The notes under the pieces are model-generated. The model ran no database searches, was not told the DNA's origin, and was given only the letters and a program-made list of their open reading frames with translations. Positions 46,578 through 56,724 of a stretch of DNA of 64,000 bases are shown one piece after another (within the stretch, counting starts at the first letter, position 1; the number at the start of each line of letters is the position of its first letter). The position numbers and the translations under genes are program-made. Origin of the DNA: Vitreimonas sp. (GTDB taxonomy: Bacteria > Patescibacteriota > Microgenomatia > UBA1400 > PJMF01); the NCBI GenBank assembly GCA_035627515.1, contig DASPLQ010000012.1, positions 1,276,309 through 1,340,308 on the forward strand, written 5' to 3'.

Positions 46578-47343
46578 TGCTTTAATTACTATTGCCGCTC
46601 GTGATGTCTTGAAATTACTTAAAGACCGCTCACGGTTGATTGCTTCCTTTATTTTTCCACTTATTTTTATTGGCGCGCTTGGTGGCAGCTTAGATGCTAA
46701 CTTATCGAATAGTGCAGGTTATGATTTCTTATTGTTTGTCTTTACTGGTGTGATTGGTCAAAGTATGTTTCAATCCACAGCATCAGGGATCATTTCCTTG
46801 ATTGAAGACAAACAAACAGACTTTGCCCAAGAGCTATTTGTAGCTCCCATCCCACGGTGGGTAATAGTGCTAGGAAAAATTATTGGTGAGTCAATTGTCT
46901 CACTCCTTCAATTAATTAGTATCATTTTAGTTGGTATGTTGATGGGTATTTTTATTGCCCCACAAACTTGGTTGATTTTAATTCCTGTGGCTGCCATCTG
47001 TTGTTTGATGGGAGGCGCTTTTGGTACCTTTGTGATGGCCAACATGAGTGACCAACGCAAGGCTAACCAATTATTTCCTTTTTTAATTTTTCCTCAGTTC
47101 TTCTTAGCTGGTGTTTTTTCACCAATTAAAGAATTGCCGTGGTACTTATGGATCTTATCCCGCATTGCTCCCATGACGTATGCTGTCGATCTATTTCGTT
47201 CGGTTTATTACTGGGGCAGACCTGAATACGATAAAGTAGTACTCTTTGATCCCTGGGTTAATTTGCTGGTCGCCGCAGTCATGTTTGTGGTGATGATGGG
47301 TGTGGGCACCTACTTTTTTGTCAAAAACGAACGTGAACGATAA
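46564..47343 (+). CDS. ABC-2 type permease (DrrB-like)
   Basis: Six TM helices; FFLAGVFSPI, PMTYAVD. Confidence 0.9.
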   Translation: MPILNALITIAARDVLKLLKDRSRLIASFIFPLIFIGALGGSLDANLSNSAGYDFLLFVFTGVIGQSMFQSTASGIISLIEDKQTDFAQELFVAPIPRWVIVLGKIIGESIVSLLQLISIILVGMLMGIFIAPQTWLILIPVAAICCLMGGAFGTFVMANMSDQRKANQLFPFLIFPQFFLAGVFSPIKELPWYLWILSRIAPMTYAVDLFRSVYYWGRPEYDKVVLFDPWVNLLVAAVMFVVMMGVGTYFFVKNERER

Positions 47344-48072
47344 ATGAAACTTCCCTTCCGGAAAATCATCCTTGGCTTGGTGATGAGTGGTATCACCCTC
47401 ATGCTTATATTAGTAGGCATTTATTACCTCAGTCGCTCACGAACCTGGCAACCATTTGGCAGACTAGTTCATCATGTCAATACCACCCAGAAGGTTGTGG
47501 CCTTAACTTTTGATGACGGCCCACGGCCAGAACATATCGACGAGATTCTTAAAGTTTTAGCAGACCATCAAGTTAAAGCTAGCTTCTATGTAATTGGTGA
47601 AGAAGTAGAAAGTAATCCCCAAGAAACAAAAGCTCTCGTGGCAGCTGGTCATGAGCTGGGCAATCACTCGTATTCTCACCAACGGATGATGTTTAAATCA
47701 TGGAATTTTATCCAAACTGAAATTGAAAAAACTGATGACCTGATTAAACAAGCTGGCTATCAAGATCGGATTGATTTTCGTCCACCTTACAGCAAAAAGT
47801 TGTTTTTATTGCCATACTATTTAGCTAAACATGATCGAAACACGATTATGGTTGATGTAGAACCTGAGTCTTATCCTGACATCGCTAATGATCCTCAAAA
47901 AATAACTCAACATGTACTGGATAACGTCCAACCTGGCTCAATTATTTTATTGCACCCTTGGTACACCAACCAAGCCAGCCGTGATGCAATTCCTGACATC
48001 ATTACTCAGCTTAAACAACAAGGTTATGAGTTTAAAACAGTCTCCGAGTTGATGACTTACGAGGGGAAGTAA
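47344..48072 (+). CDS. polysaccharide deacetylase (CE4/NodB)
   Basis: ALTFDDGP, HELGNHSYSH, FRPPY, GSIILLH. Confidence 0.94.
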   Translation: MKLPFRKIILGLVMSGITLMLILVGIYYLSRSRTWQPFGRLVHHVNTTQKVVALTFDDGPRPEHIDEILKVLADHQVKASFYVIGEEVESNPQETKALVAAGHELGNHSYSHQRMMFKSWNFIQTEIEKTDDLIKQAGYQDRIDFRPPYSKKLFLLPYYLAKHDRNTIMVDVEPESYPDIANDPQKITQHVLDNVQPGSIILLHPWYTNQASRDAIPDIITQLKQQGYEFKTVSELMTYEGK

Positions 48073-48087
48073 CGCGAAACTTCACAG

Positions 48088-48780
48088 TTACTCAGTGATC
48101 TCAATAATCACATTGGGTTCCCAAAACATATTCATGTAAAACAAATCTCGCTGCAAAGCTGCAGGCAGTTCGGGAAACGCCGGGATTCGTGGTTTGCCTC
48201 GTTGATAGGTTTTAAGGTAAAAATGTACGAGTGATAACTTTTGAAAAGAATAAAGTGGTCGTTGAGGATAATGGCGTAACAGCTCTTGAATTAGTGCTGA
48301 ACCTAACCCTTGACCGCGAAATTCTTGCTTAGTAATAATGCTGACAATTTCCCAGCTGCCTTCAACCGGTAAGACTCTACCAGCCACGATAATGTGTCCA
48401 TGGCGTTTACCAATCAAAATATTTTCTAGTTGAGACGCTTGCAGTTGCTCAAGTGGGGAACTGTCTTCAATACTTTTTAAGTTAAAAGGATCTCTAACTA
48501 ATTGTCCAGCCGGTAGAATGGGTTGGTAATTTAAAATGCCTGTAGCTTGAATCTTAATATCATTTAAAATCTGAGGTGAAAATTGATGCGAGCTAGTGGC
48601 GGTATCTACAGCCCTCTGCCAATGGTTCTTAACACGTGCTTCACCTAAAGATGGAAACGCTTCATCAGCTGTAAGTTGTAGTCTGCGGACATCTAGTGAC
48701 TCAGCGTTAAGGAGGGTTAGTAATTGGGGAAGATCAGACAAGCTGGGGTGAGTAAAATGGAGGTCAGGAGTTAAGTTCAT
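48088..48780 (-). CDS. GNAT family acetyltransferase
   Basis: EIVSII..EFRGQGLGSALI, LVHFY. Confidence 0.75.
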   Translation of the reverse strand: MNLTPDLHFTHPSLSDLPQLLTLLNAESLDVRRLQLTADEAFPSLGEARVKNHWQRAVDTATSSHQFSPQILNDIKIQATGILNYQPILPAGQLVRDPFNLKSIEDSSPLEQLQASQLENILIGKRHGHIIVAGRVLPVEGSWEIVSIITKQEFRGQGLGSALIQELLRHYPQRPLYSFQKLSLVHFYLKTYQRGKPRIPAFPELPAALQRDLFYMNMFWEPNVIIEITE

Positions 48781-49424
48781 AAAGCCTTTTCGATTTCTTC
48801 TGCTTCATCAGAGTACCAATCATAAAAACCAGTGATATACGCCCAGGTTAAAATTGATTCCCGGAAAAACCGGCTGGTGCGAACTTTGAGAATCTGCCAT
48901 TGTGAATCACCTCGCACTGCTAATAAATCTAGATTATTAATGTTTAGCCCTGTTACGGCACTAATTTGGTTTTGGCACATTTTCAGCGCCCGGGGTAAAT
49001 GAAACTTTTGAGTGATTAAAATCACATCATCTAAAGCAGCGTCATGTAAGTGCCGGCAAGTGTCATTAGTATCAATTGTGACAGCCTTCTCCGGTACACC
49101 TCGGTCCATAATATATTTGGCAATCACTTCTGCTTCGGTATTGTGCCGATTATCACCTGAGACAAACAGCTGTTCGACTTTATGATTTTTAAACAGCATC
49201 ACTGCCGCCTCAGCTCTTTCCCGCGACACGTCACTTAACTGTTTATCATCGCTAACCTTGGCCCCAAACACCACGCCATGTCGCGCAGATGGCAATGAAT
49301 TGATATCATCAAAAATCTGCGGATGAGAACTCAAGATCAGTACCAATTGAGGTAAAGTCACTAGGAAAAGAATCACTGCTAATAAAAGTAGCCACCAAAC
49401 TAACCATTTTAGTAAAACACGCAT
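48777..49424 (-). CDS. SanA/YdcF (DUF218) family protein
   Basis: GVVFGA, LFVSGDN, EAEVI..Y...GVP, ITQKFHLPRA, RE. Confidence 0.85.
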   Translation of the reverse strand: MRVLLKWLVWWLLLLAVILFLVTLPQLVLILSSHPQIFDDINSLPSARHGVVFGAKVSDDKQLSDVSRERAEAAVMLFKNHKVEQLFVSGDNRHNTEAEVIAKYIMDRGVPEKAVTIDTNDTCRHLHDAALDDVILITQKFHLPRALKMCQNQISAVTGLNINNLDLLAVRGDSQWQILKVRTSRFFRESILTWAYITGFYDWYSDEAEEIEKAL

Positions 49425-49442
49425 TAAGGTCAGTATAACAGC

Positions 49443-49859
49443 TTACTTCAAGCGATTCAAAATACCGTGAACAAAACTAGGAAGATAACTGTTGATTTTG
49501 TCGATGTTATCTTCACGTCGTTTTTTATTTTCGTACTTTTTGATATCTTCGGAAATTGTCTCTGAAAGAGATAGGCTGAGTCGGGCTACAAAGTCATATT
49601 GCTGTGCATTCGGACGGAAAGTCACTGCTCTCATATCACTAATTTGAAACAATAATTGAAGTTGAAAGCGGTAAATACTTTCAGGCTGTCTCATATGTTT
49701 GTTAGCTAACTCAAGCCACTGTTTGTATTTCTGTTGTAAAACATCAATTGAAGGTTCAGCATCATACTGATAACGATGAATTAACTTTGGCAACTCTTGT
49801 TGCAAAGCGTACATTTCCTGGACTTCTTTTTGTTCTTGTGACTCGTGGCCGTACATCAT
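49443..49859 (-). CDS. hypothetical protein
   Basis: 138-aa ORF with AGGAG upstream. Confidence 0.6.
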   Translation of the reverse strand: MMYGHESQEQKEVQEMYALQQELPKLIHRYQYDAEPSIDVLQQKYKQWLELANKHMRQPESIYRFQLQLLFQISDMRAVTFRPNAQQYDFVARLSLSLSETISEDIKKYENKKRREDNIDKINSYLPSFVHGILNRLK

Positions 49860-49912
49860 ACTTCTCCTACATAATAAGTAAGTAGGTCAAATTATATCAT
49901 TTAAGGAGGATT

Positions 49913-50494
49913 TTAATGTAATTGAATGTTAAAGGCCTGCCAATCATCCTGCATTTGTTGCCACCATGCTTCGCCCAGCTGGCGGCTAATCTCAAAATTT
50001 AATTTATGATACTTATCGATTTTACGTTGAATAGCCCAGTCTAAATTATTGTCTTTGGCCCAGTTGATAAACAGCATATATAAACGTTTATCTTTAAAAA
50101 AAGCAAGAGCGTCAGCATCTTTAATGATCTTCATCTCCACTGCTTCCGACTCAAAAAGAATTAAGGATTTAATCTGATCTAACTCTTCTGGCGATAAATC
50201 TAAATTTTTTAAGAATTCTTCACTGACTTGCCAATTAAATGACTCATGTTCAGTATGAAGAGTATCGTGATCAGCTGGGTACGTTTTACCGATATCATGA
50301 AGCAATGCAGAGATAGCTAACACTTTCTTGTTACACTCCAAGGTTTCAGCTATTTCCAAAGCCAAGTCTTTGACCGTACCACTATGTTCCGCCATCACCC
50401 TCCAATCATTAAAACTGAAATCTGGATGCTGCTTAAAAGCCTCATCAACGAAGCGCTGGGTTTGCAGTATGAGGGAATTAAAGTCTGACTTCAT
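49913..50494 (-). CDS. HD domain protein
   Basis: EHS, ALLHDIGK, IKDADAL. Confidence 0.82.
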   Translation of the reverse strand: MKSDFNSLILQTQRFVDEAFKQHPDFSFNDWRVMAEHSGTVKDLALEIAETLECNKKVLAISALLHDIGKTYPADHDTLHTEHESFNWQVSEEFLKNLDLSPEELDQIKSLILFESEAVEMKIIKDADALAFFKDKRLYMLFINWAKDNNLDWAIQRKIDKYHKLNFEISRQLGEAWWQQMQDDWQAFNIQLH

Positions 50495-50500
50495 AATCAA

Positions 50501-51073
50501 CTACTCCACGATTAATTGTAACAACTCAGGAAATTTTTCTGTCTTCATGTCATCCAAAATAAAGTGCCCATACCCAGGGAATTCTTGATAACCAATACCT
50601 TCAATACCGTTTCGCAAAATTGTCACTGTTTCTAAGACACTGGACTCGTCGTTGTCAGAGCCAAATATAGTGATACCAGCTGTGCGGGATACTAAGTGAG
50701 CATCAATCTCAAAATCATCAAAAAAATCCTGTGTTTGCGTTCTATCAGGATCTAACCAAGGGGCTACGAGTACTACTTTATCCACCTTCAATTCTGGATG
50801 AATACTCAAATACTTCACCCAAAAACCTGCACCGGTACTATGGCCAACTAAAATAGTGTCCTGGCCAATTTCCCATCGTTCGACTTCCTTTTTCCACACC
50901 GACCAATTACGATCATATGCCAACGGAATTTCAGGGGTGGCAGCTGCAATGTCATTTTTAAGCAACTGAGCCTGCAACCAAGGTAACCAATGTGCATTAC
51001 TCATACTAGGTGCCGCTGGATCATAATACTCTTCTCGAAATGGGCCACCGTGCAAAATAAGTGCGTTTTTCAT
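50501..51073 (-). CDS. RBBP9/YdeN family alpha/beta hydrolase
   Basis: LILHG, HWLPWL, LVGHSTG, LVAPW, SDND, GHF. Confidence 0.88.
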   Translation of the reverse strand: MKNALILHGGPFREEYYDPAAPSMSNAHWLPWLQAQLLKNDIAAATPEIPLAYDRNWSVWKKEVERWEIGQDTILVGHSTGAGFWVKYLSIHPELKVDKVVLVAPWLDPDRTQTQDFFDDFEIDAHLVSRTAGITIFGSDNDESSVLETVTILRNGIEGIGYQEFPGYGHFILDDMKTEKFPELLQLIVE

Positions 51074-51092
51074 AGGTGCAGTATACCAGGAG

Positions 51093-51857
51093 CTAATCAA
51101 TAAAACGAAAGCTGGAAAGCATCTTATCTACTTCCTGATCAACCTTCTGACGCTGATCAGCAGGAATATTTCCATCATTAATGCTAATAAACCAAATCTT
51201 TGAATCTTTTAATAAAAAATAAATTGAAGTTTGACTAAAGTGATTATCAAAACTTCGTCTGATGTTAAAACCTTTGACTGTATATTTACCCACTTTTTTT
51301 TCAGTATCAATAAACTCACTATTGCGTTTATCAAAACCGAACTTCCATTTCTTTATACATTCCAACTCCGTTTTACATTCCAGCGGACCAAATTTATTGC
51401 TAGGATTAATTTTAATACTGATAGCTACCCAAGAATTTTTGGGTTGCCGCTCAAAGCGCTCAATACAGATTTCATCCTGCCGTGCCAAGTCCAACTCTTC
51501 ACTACACCGACGAGGCTGGTATGTATTGAGATAACGAAGTTGGTAATTATGCTTAATATTGGTATAGGTTAGAAAATCACTAGGCAAAACAAACACATCA
51601 CTTAAATTTAAGATGACTCTGACTCCTAAATTAATGACATCGGGAGCAATCCCTTGTTCGGCCTTTTTCTTCCAAATAAAACCATCGGTATAAAAACGTT
51701 CAACAACTCCCATTAAAAGAGCTTGTTGCTTAAATTGGAGTATTTCATTTGTTGATGGCGATTGAGCTTGAAGCTGAGTGAGAGGGAGAAGCGTAAAACT
51801 AAAAATAAGTATATTAACTATTATAATTTGAAATACTTTTTTTAAATGTGATCCCAT
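51093..51857 (-). CDS. hypothetical secreted protein
   Basis: N-terminal signal-like segment; paired Cys. Confidence 0.6.
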   Translation of the reverse strand: MGSHLKKVFQIIIVNILIFSFTLLPLTQLQAQSPSTNEILQFKQQALLMGVVERFYTDGFIWKKKAEQGIAPDVINLGVRVILNLSDVFVLPSDFLTYTNIKHNYQLRYLNTYQPRRCSEELDLARQDEICIERFERQPKNSWVAISIKINPSNKFGPLECKTELECIKKWKFGFDKRNSEFIDTEKKVGKYTVKGFNIRRSFDNHFSQTSIYFLLKDSKIWFISINDGNIPADQRQKVDQEVDKMLSSFRFID

Positions 51858-51859
51858 AT

Positions 51860-52342
51860 TTAGTGAGTTGCTTCTCGTACCATATCTAAAATCGGCTGAT
51901 GAAGAAACTTCAATGTCAAACCATTGTCGAAGTTGAACTTTAAATGTGGGAAATCTGCACGATTCATGGAGCTGGTATCCCAGTTAAGGTGCGGGTATTT
52001 TTCTATCAGGATTTGAAAGTCTTGAGGCCAAATAAACTCTGCATGTTGAAACATAGAGTCACAGGTTTGGTCAGGACGAGGCTCGACGAGCTCTATCGCA
52101 TTAATTGTATAGTTTTTATATTTTAGGGGCTGATGAAGTTCAAAAATTCCCACCCGTCTACCGCCTACCATTTCTTCACTCACTTCTTTACCTTGTTTCA
52201 TAAAACTCGGCTTTAAAGCGTCATAATCTTGGGCCGAAGCTGCTTGATAAGCAATATGATCCAACGTTAGCTGAGAAATATCTATGCCGAGATGAGAAAT
52301 TTGTTCAAAAAAAGAATCTAAAAACGCTTGGGAACCCTGCAT
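51860..52342 (-). CDS. YecM-like VOC family protein
   Basis: LDHIAY, SEEMVGGRRV..FEL..PL, IELVEP, FQHAEF, LKF..QPI. Confidence 0.85.
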   Translation of the reverse strand: MQGSQAFLDSFFEQISHLGIDISQLTLDHIAYQAASAQDYDALKPSFMKQGKEVSEEMVGGRRVGIFELHQPLKYKNYTINAIELVEPRPDQTCDSMFQHAEFIWPQDFQILIEKYPHLNWDTSSMNRADFPHLKFNFDNGLTLKFLHQPILDMVREATH

Positions 52343-52384
52343 AGCTTCGATTATACCTTGGGAATAGCTATTGAGAAGACTTTT

Positions 52385-53572
52385 TTAAAACGCAGATTCT
52401 TTGTTAACCCCTGGGCGTAAAACGCGAAATGAGAGCAAGAAACAAATAAGAACTAAGCAACTGCCCACTAAAAAAGGTAACGGCACAAAATAGGTGGCGA
52501 CAGTACCTCCTAAAATCGGGCCAATAATCATGCCAATACTTTGATACGAAGCGTTCAAACCCATAATCGTGCCTTGTGATTTAGCGTCAGTTTCTTGCGA
52601 CAGGATAGTGGGGATGAGGGTCTGGACCACACTATTAAAGAGTGCCAAGATAATAGAAGCTACTACAAAGACTGGTAAAGTCCGCGACACAAACATGATG
52701 GCAAATGAGAGGGCGGTAAACAGCATGCCGCTATTAAAGGCTTTCTTCATCCCAAACATCTTGGAGATTCGTCCTACCACAAAGGTCTGAGATAAAAAGC
52801 CCACCAGACCAAACATGGTGAATAGCATCGAATTTTGTTCTTCAGAAATCTTCAAGACATTCATTGTGAAAGGTTGGAAACCATACATAATCGCACAGGA
52901 AAAAGCCAAGAAATATACTAGTGAGATTAAAAAGGTGGTACCCACATTAGGGTCAAACAAGGTATGCCACATTTTGGCAAAATCAAACAATTTACCCTTT
53001 TTAACTTCACCCAAATGAGTATTGGTTTCCGGTAAATATAAAGCAGTCAGTACAGTAGCCAACATCGTAATAGCCGCAGCAATGATAAAAGGCACTTCAG
53101 CACCATATTGAATGGTCATAGCCGAAATTGCTGGTCCAAAAATGAAACCAAAACTAAAGGCTGCTCCAATTAAGCCAAAAGCTTTAGCCCGCTCTTTGAT
53201 ATCTGCAGTGTCAGAAACGACCGCAAAAATCACTGGCACATTGCCAGCAGTCAAGCCATCCAAACCTCGGGCAATAAATAAGAAAATGGCGTGGGGAGCA
53301 AAGGCCATCATCAAAAACGAAATCGCTGTTCCCGTAATCGAACCTAACAACAGAGGCCGGCGACCATACTTATCAGATAACCGACCAATAATGGGTGTGG
53401 CAATAAACTGACACACAGAAAAAATAGCGAATAGTAAACCGTTTTGAAAATCACTCAAACCAAACTTATGAGAATACGAGTAGAGAATAGGGATCACGAT
53501 CCCATACCCTAGCATATTCACCATAGCGATCAACGAGACGATTAAAACAGTGCGATTATTGCCTTTGAGCAT
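52385..53572 (-). CDS. MFS transporter (TetA/DHA1-like)
   Basis: GRLSDKYGRRP motif A; GFIFGPAI; 12 TM helices. Confidence 0.92.
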   Translation of the reverse strand: MLKGNNRTVLIVSLIAMVNMLGYGIVIPILYSYSHKFGLSDFQNGLLFAIFSVCQFIATPIIGRLSDKYGRRPLLLGSITGTAISFLMMAFAPHAIFLFIARGLDGLTAGNVPVIFAVVSDTADIKERAKAFGLIGAAFSFGFIFGPAISAMTIQYGAEVPFIIAAAITMLATVLTALYLPETNTHLGEVKKGKLFDFAKMWHTLFDPNVGTTFLISLVYFLAFSCAIMYGFQPFTMNVLKISEEQNSMLFTMFGLVGFLSQTFVVGRISKMFGMKKAFNSGMLFTALSFAIMFVSRTLPVFVVASIILALFNSVVQTLIPTILSQETDAKSQGTIMGLNASYQSIGMIIGPILGGTVATYFVPLPFLVGSCLVLICFLLSFRVLRPGVNKESAF

Positions 53573-53627
53573 AAGGGTTTATTGTAGCATTATCTGAGTA
53601 AAATTGTTTAGATAGCCTAGTTATTAT

Positions 53628-54491
53628 TTAAAACTGCTGATAATACAGTGGATCAATCCACACTAAGCTGCCATCAGGTTTTTGAATAAAGTTTTTGAGT
53701 CTGATAATGTTCTCCTCAGCATGAAGAACATCAGGGGTTATTTTTTTCCACAATGGGTTGTTATCGCGTTGCTGAGAAGCAATATAATTTGCCACCACAT
53801 CATGTAGCTCGAACGCTCTTCCAGCTCGTTGTTGAAATGCTTCAGCCTCAGTCATGGGGGAATTAACAAAACAATCTAAAATAGGATGTTTTCCTTCAAT
53901 ATATTCTACACAGAGTACTTGTCCGGTAGAAAAATAATACGTAGGAAAGCTAATACCTAACCGTTTAAAATCTTCAGCCAAATCAGCTTGTAAAGCCGAT
54001 ACTTGCAACATTTCATTAATCAATGGTTGGTTGCCATCAAAGTCAAATTCATGAAGTTCATTCGGCAGGTTTCGCTTGATGATTAACGTTCTATCGGGCA
54101 AAACCAGTTGGTAAACCATTGAGAAACCACCACACCCTAAATATCTCATGCGACGATTATTACCCAGCTTAAGGGATTTTAGTGTTCGCCCATCTGGCAT
54201 TTCCTCTACTTCATATTCATGAGTAGATCTGAAGAATCTTATCAAATCAACCAAACCATACTCAATATCTTGGAGTAAATGAGAGTTATTTTTGAGGAGT
54301 GCTTCACCCGCTGGAGAAACTAACAACCCCGCTTTAACCATGTCCTCTTCTTTGTCCACATAAGCCAGTTCTGGAGAAGTAAACAATCGATTACCATGAC
54401 GATCACGTAAGTTAGTTTCCCTCACAAAGTGCTTTACTTGTGACTCAGACTCTTTAAATAATTGGGAAGCAAAAGTGGATTCTCTAGACAT
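53628..54491 (-). CDS. protein-kinase-like fold hypothetical protein
   Basis: LGCGGFSMVY, IIKR, NEM, VEYIEG, D...KNF, WIDP. Confidence 0.65.
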   Translation of the reverse strand: MSRESTFASQLFKESESQVKHFVRETNLRDRHGNRLFTSPELAYVDKEEDMVKAGLLVSPAGEALLKNNSHLLQDIEYGLVDLIRFFRSTHEYEVEEMPDGRTLKSLKLGNNRRMRYLGCGGFSMVYQLVLPDRTLIIKRNLPNELHEFDFDGNQPLINEMLQVSALQADLAEDFKRLGISFPTYYFSTGQVLCVEYIEGKHPILDCFVNSPMTEAEAFQQRAGRAFELHDVVANYIASQQRDNNPLWKKITPDVLHAEENIIRLKNFIQKPDGSLVWIDPLYYQQF

Positions 54492-54537
54492 AAAGCGTTT
54501 GAGTACAGAAGGATATTATACAACTTGAGAAAAATGT

Positions 54538-55503
54538 CTAGCTTTTCTGTGCCCAAATACAAATAGTTTCACCTTTACCAATCGCTGCACCGACCATGGC
54601 CAAGCCACCTGCCATACCTTTGAAAAGGAGTTTAGCAATTTCTTTTGTCATAGAAGGAGAGTGTGAGAGTGAGACTTGGCTGGCTTTTTCCACTCGCCCT
54701 CCGCTCGGTTTTTTTTCAAATTTGGGTGATAACTTCATCCGAAAACTCTCAAATAAAGCTGCGTAGTTATGGACCCAGTATTTATGACTAATGCCACCAA
54801 CCCTAAAACCCTGCTGCTCTAACATTTTACTCAACGTGATAGGTGAAAAATGATAAAGGTGGCGTGGTGGCTGCAAAGCGTACCAGTCTTTACCAAAAAG
54901 TGTGAAACCTAGACTTTCGATATTGGGTACCGTCACGACTACTAACCCACCTTTTTTGAGGACCTTGTAGACAGCCCGCAACGTTTTAGCTGGATCATAG
55001 AGGTGCTCTAACGCATTATTGAGGGTGACCACATCCACTGAGCGAGCGGGAAACATAAAATCTAAAAAATCACCTTGGTGCATCTTAATTTTAAACATAC
55101 GCTGGCCAAACTTGACGGCATCTTTAGAAAGTTCGATGCCCTCTGCTTGCCAACCCAGTTCTTTAAACTTTGATAAAAATATTCCCGTCCCAGCTCCAAT
55201 GTCTACAATTCGACCGCCACTTTTTTTGGATAAAACCACTCGGTAAAGAAAATCATAGGCATCCTCACGCTCTCGCTGCAGCTGTGACAACATATCTTTT
55301 GTTTTCATGTCTCTACCCCAATACGATTGAGTAGGGTAGTACTGACCAATTTGAGTGCGAGTAGGACGTGGGTTCAAGTACACCAGCTGGCAACGCTGGC
55401 ACTTTACCACAGTAAAGCTCCCTTCATGTTCCCAGGAAGTGACATTTTTTAAAAAGGGTCGTGCTGATTTTGAGTGACAGTAATTGCAGGCGATTGATTC
55501 CAT
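54538..55503 (-). CDS. class I SAM-dependent methyltransferase with N-terminal Zn-ribbon
   Basis: CNYC..CQRC, VDIGAGTG, LEHLYDP, PPRHLYHF. Confidence 0.9.
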   Translation of the reverse strand: MESIACNYCHSKSARPFLKNVTSWEHEGSFTVVKCQRCQLVYLNPRPTRTQIGQYYPTQSYWGRDMKTKDMLSQLQREREDAYDFLYRVVLSKKSGGRIVDIGAGTGIFLSKFKELGWQAEGIELSKDAVKFGQRMFKIKMHQGDFLDFMFPARSVDVVTLNNALEHLYDPAKTLRAVYKVLKKGGLVVVTVPNIESLGFTLFGKDWYALQPPRHLYHFSPITLSKMLEQQGFRVGGISHKYWVHNYAALFESFRMKLSPKFEKKPSGGRVEKASQVSLSHSPSMTKEIAKLLFKGMAGGLAMVGAAIGKGETICIWAQKS

Positions 55504-55554
55504 ACCCAGAATTATACAATCACTGTGTTAAAAGCTAGAGTTATAATGCCACTC

Positions 55555-56655
55555 ATGACCGAAAAAGACCGGCACGTAGATCCACAGATCATTAGCTCTA
55601 AATATACACTTCCTTCTAATGCTTCGTATGAATCATTAATCGCTACCTATGGTGGTAAAGCTGCTGGCTTACTATGGGTAAAAAAACATTTACCAGAAAT
55701 TCCGATGGCGAAGATGCTCGCACTTCCCGCCGGTGTTTCGCTGAATCAAACACTCAATGCTATTTTCGCTCAGGGTTTAAACTTTCCCATCTTAGTTCGG
55801 TCCAGCTCACCTTTAGATAATTTGCCTGGTTACGAGGGAGTTTTTCCTACATTGCCCGCAGATACTGAGTTAGAACTATCATCAGCCATTCATCACATCA
55901 AAAGCAGTTATCCTGATCAAGAAGGGCCAGTTATCATCGCTGAAAAATCACCTGGAAAGTTAGTAGGAACATTAGTAGCTCACCCCAACCAGGATAATTA
56001 CTTCATTGCCATTGTTAAAGACCCCTATGACACTTATGCCTTATTTTTTGTAAAAGGTGGGCAAGTGCATCGATCTATTGGCTACTCAATGATTAGTAGT
56101 AAAAATGTTATTCCTCCACAAACAACCGAAATCATTCAGCAAGTAGTTGAGCTATATAGCAAAATTATTTCCTTACCAAGCTTCTCGCAAAGTATGACAT
56201 ACCAAATAGAGTTTGGTGTTGATCCCTTTCTTTTCTTCCAAGTGCGAGACTTCTTGCCTGTACAGAAAGCTGGTTTCGAGATCCCTGATGAGGAAGCCGA
56301 AGCTTATCTAGATTATGACTCACCTAATATTGTCTTTGGCCTTACTCCTGAGGCTGGCTTAACTGCCCGAGTTAATCAGCAAACTCGAGATGGTGAGCTA
56401 GGAGCGTTTATGGGCGAAGTCGGTGATGTCAGATTTTTGAAGAGTACTTTTGCGTTATACCTCATAAAAAATGCCGGCACTATTCTAGGACACGAGGAGA
56501 TTCGAGCTATCAGACAATCACAACTCACAGTCTACGATAGTAGGCTTGTGTGGATCGATCCAGATACCAGCACAGAAACAAACATTAAAACCAATGATAG
56601 GGTGAGAGTAATAAGTGATGGCATGCGAGCAAAGGTGGAAAAAATTAACCCTTAA
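55555..56655 (+). CDS. PEP-synthase/PPDK N-terminal ATP-grasp-like protein
   Basis: YGGKAAGL, LVRSSS..D...EG.F.T, QIEFG, FFQVR; TATAAT 7 nt before ATG 55555. Confidence 0.65.
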   Translation: MTEKDRHVDPQIISSKYTLPSNASYESLIATYGGKAAGLLWVKKHLPEIPMAKMLALPAGVSLNQTLNAIFAQGLNFPILVRSSSPLDNLPGYEGVFPTLPADTELELSSAIHHIKSSYPDQEGPVIIAEKSPGKLVGTLVAHPNQDNYFIAIVKDPYDTYALFFVKGGQVHRSIGYSMISSKNVIPPQTTEIIQQVVELYSKIISLPSFSQSMTYQIEFGVDPFLFFQVRDFLPVQKAGFEIPDEEAEAYLDYDSPNIVFGLTPEAGLTARVNQQTRDGELGAFMGEVGDVRFLKSTFALYLIKNAGTILGHEEIRAIRQSQLTVYDSRLVWIDPDTSTETNIKTNDRVRVISDGMRAKVEKINP

Positions 56656-56664
56656 CAGTCCATA

Positions 56665-56716
56665 TCACGAATAACGATAATAATATATTGACATTCGATA
56701 AATTTGTACCTACAAT
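56665..56716 (+). promoter_or_regulatory. sigma70 promoter with paired TATCG-N5-CGATA-like operators
   Basis: TTGACA 56688-56693, N17, TACAAT 56711-56716; TATTG-N5-CGATA 56686-56700 and TCACG-N5-CGATA 56665-56679. Confidence 0.65.
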
Positions 56717-56724
56717 ACAAATAT

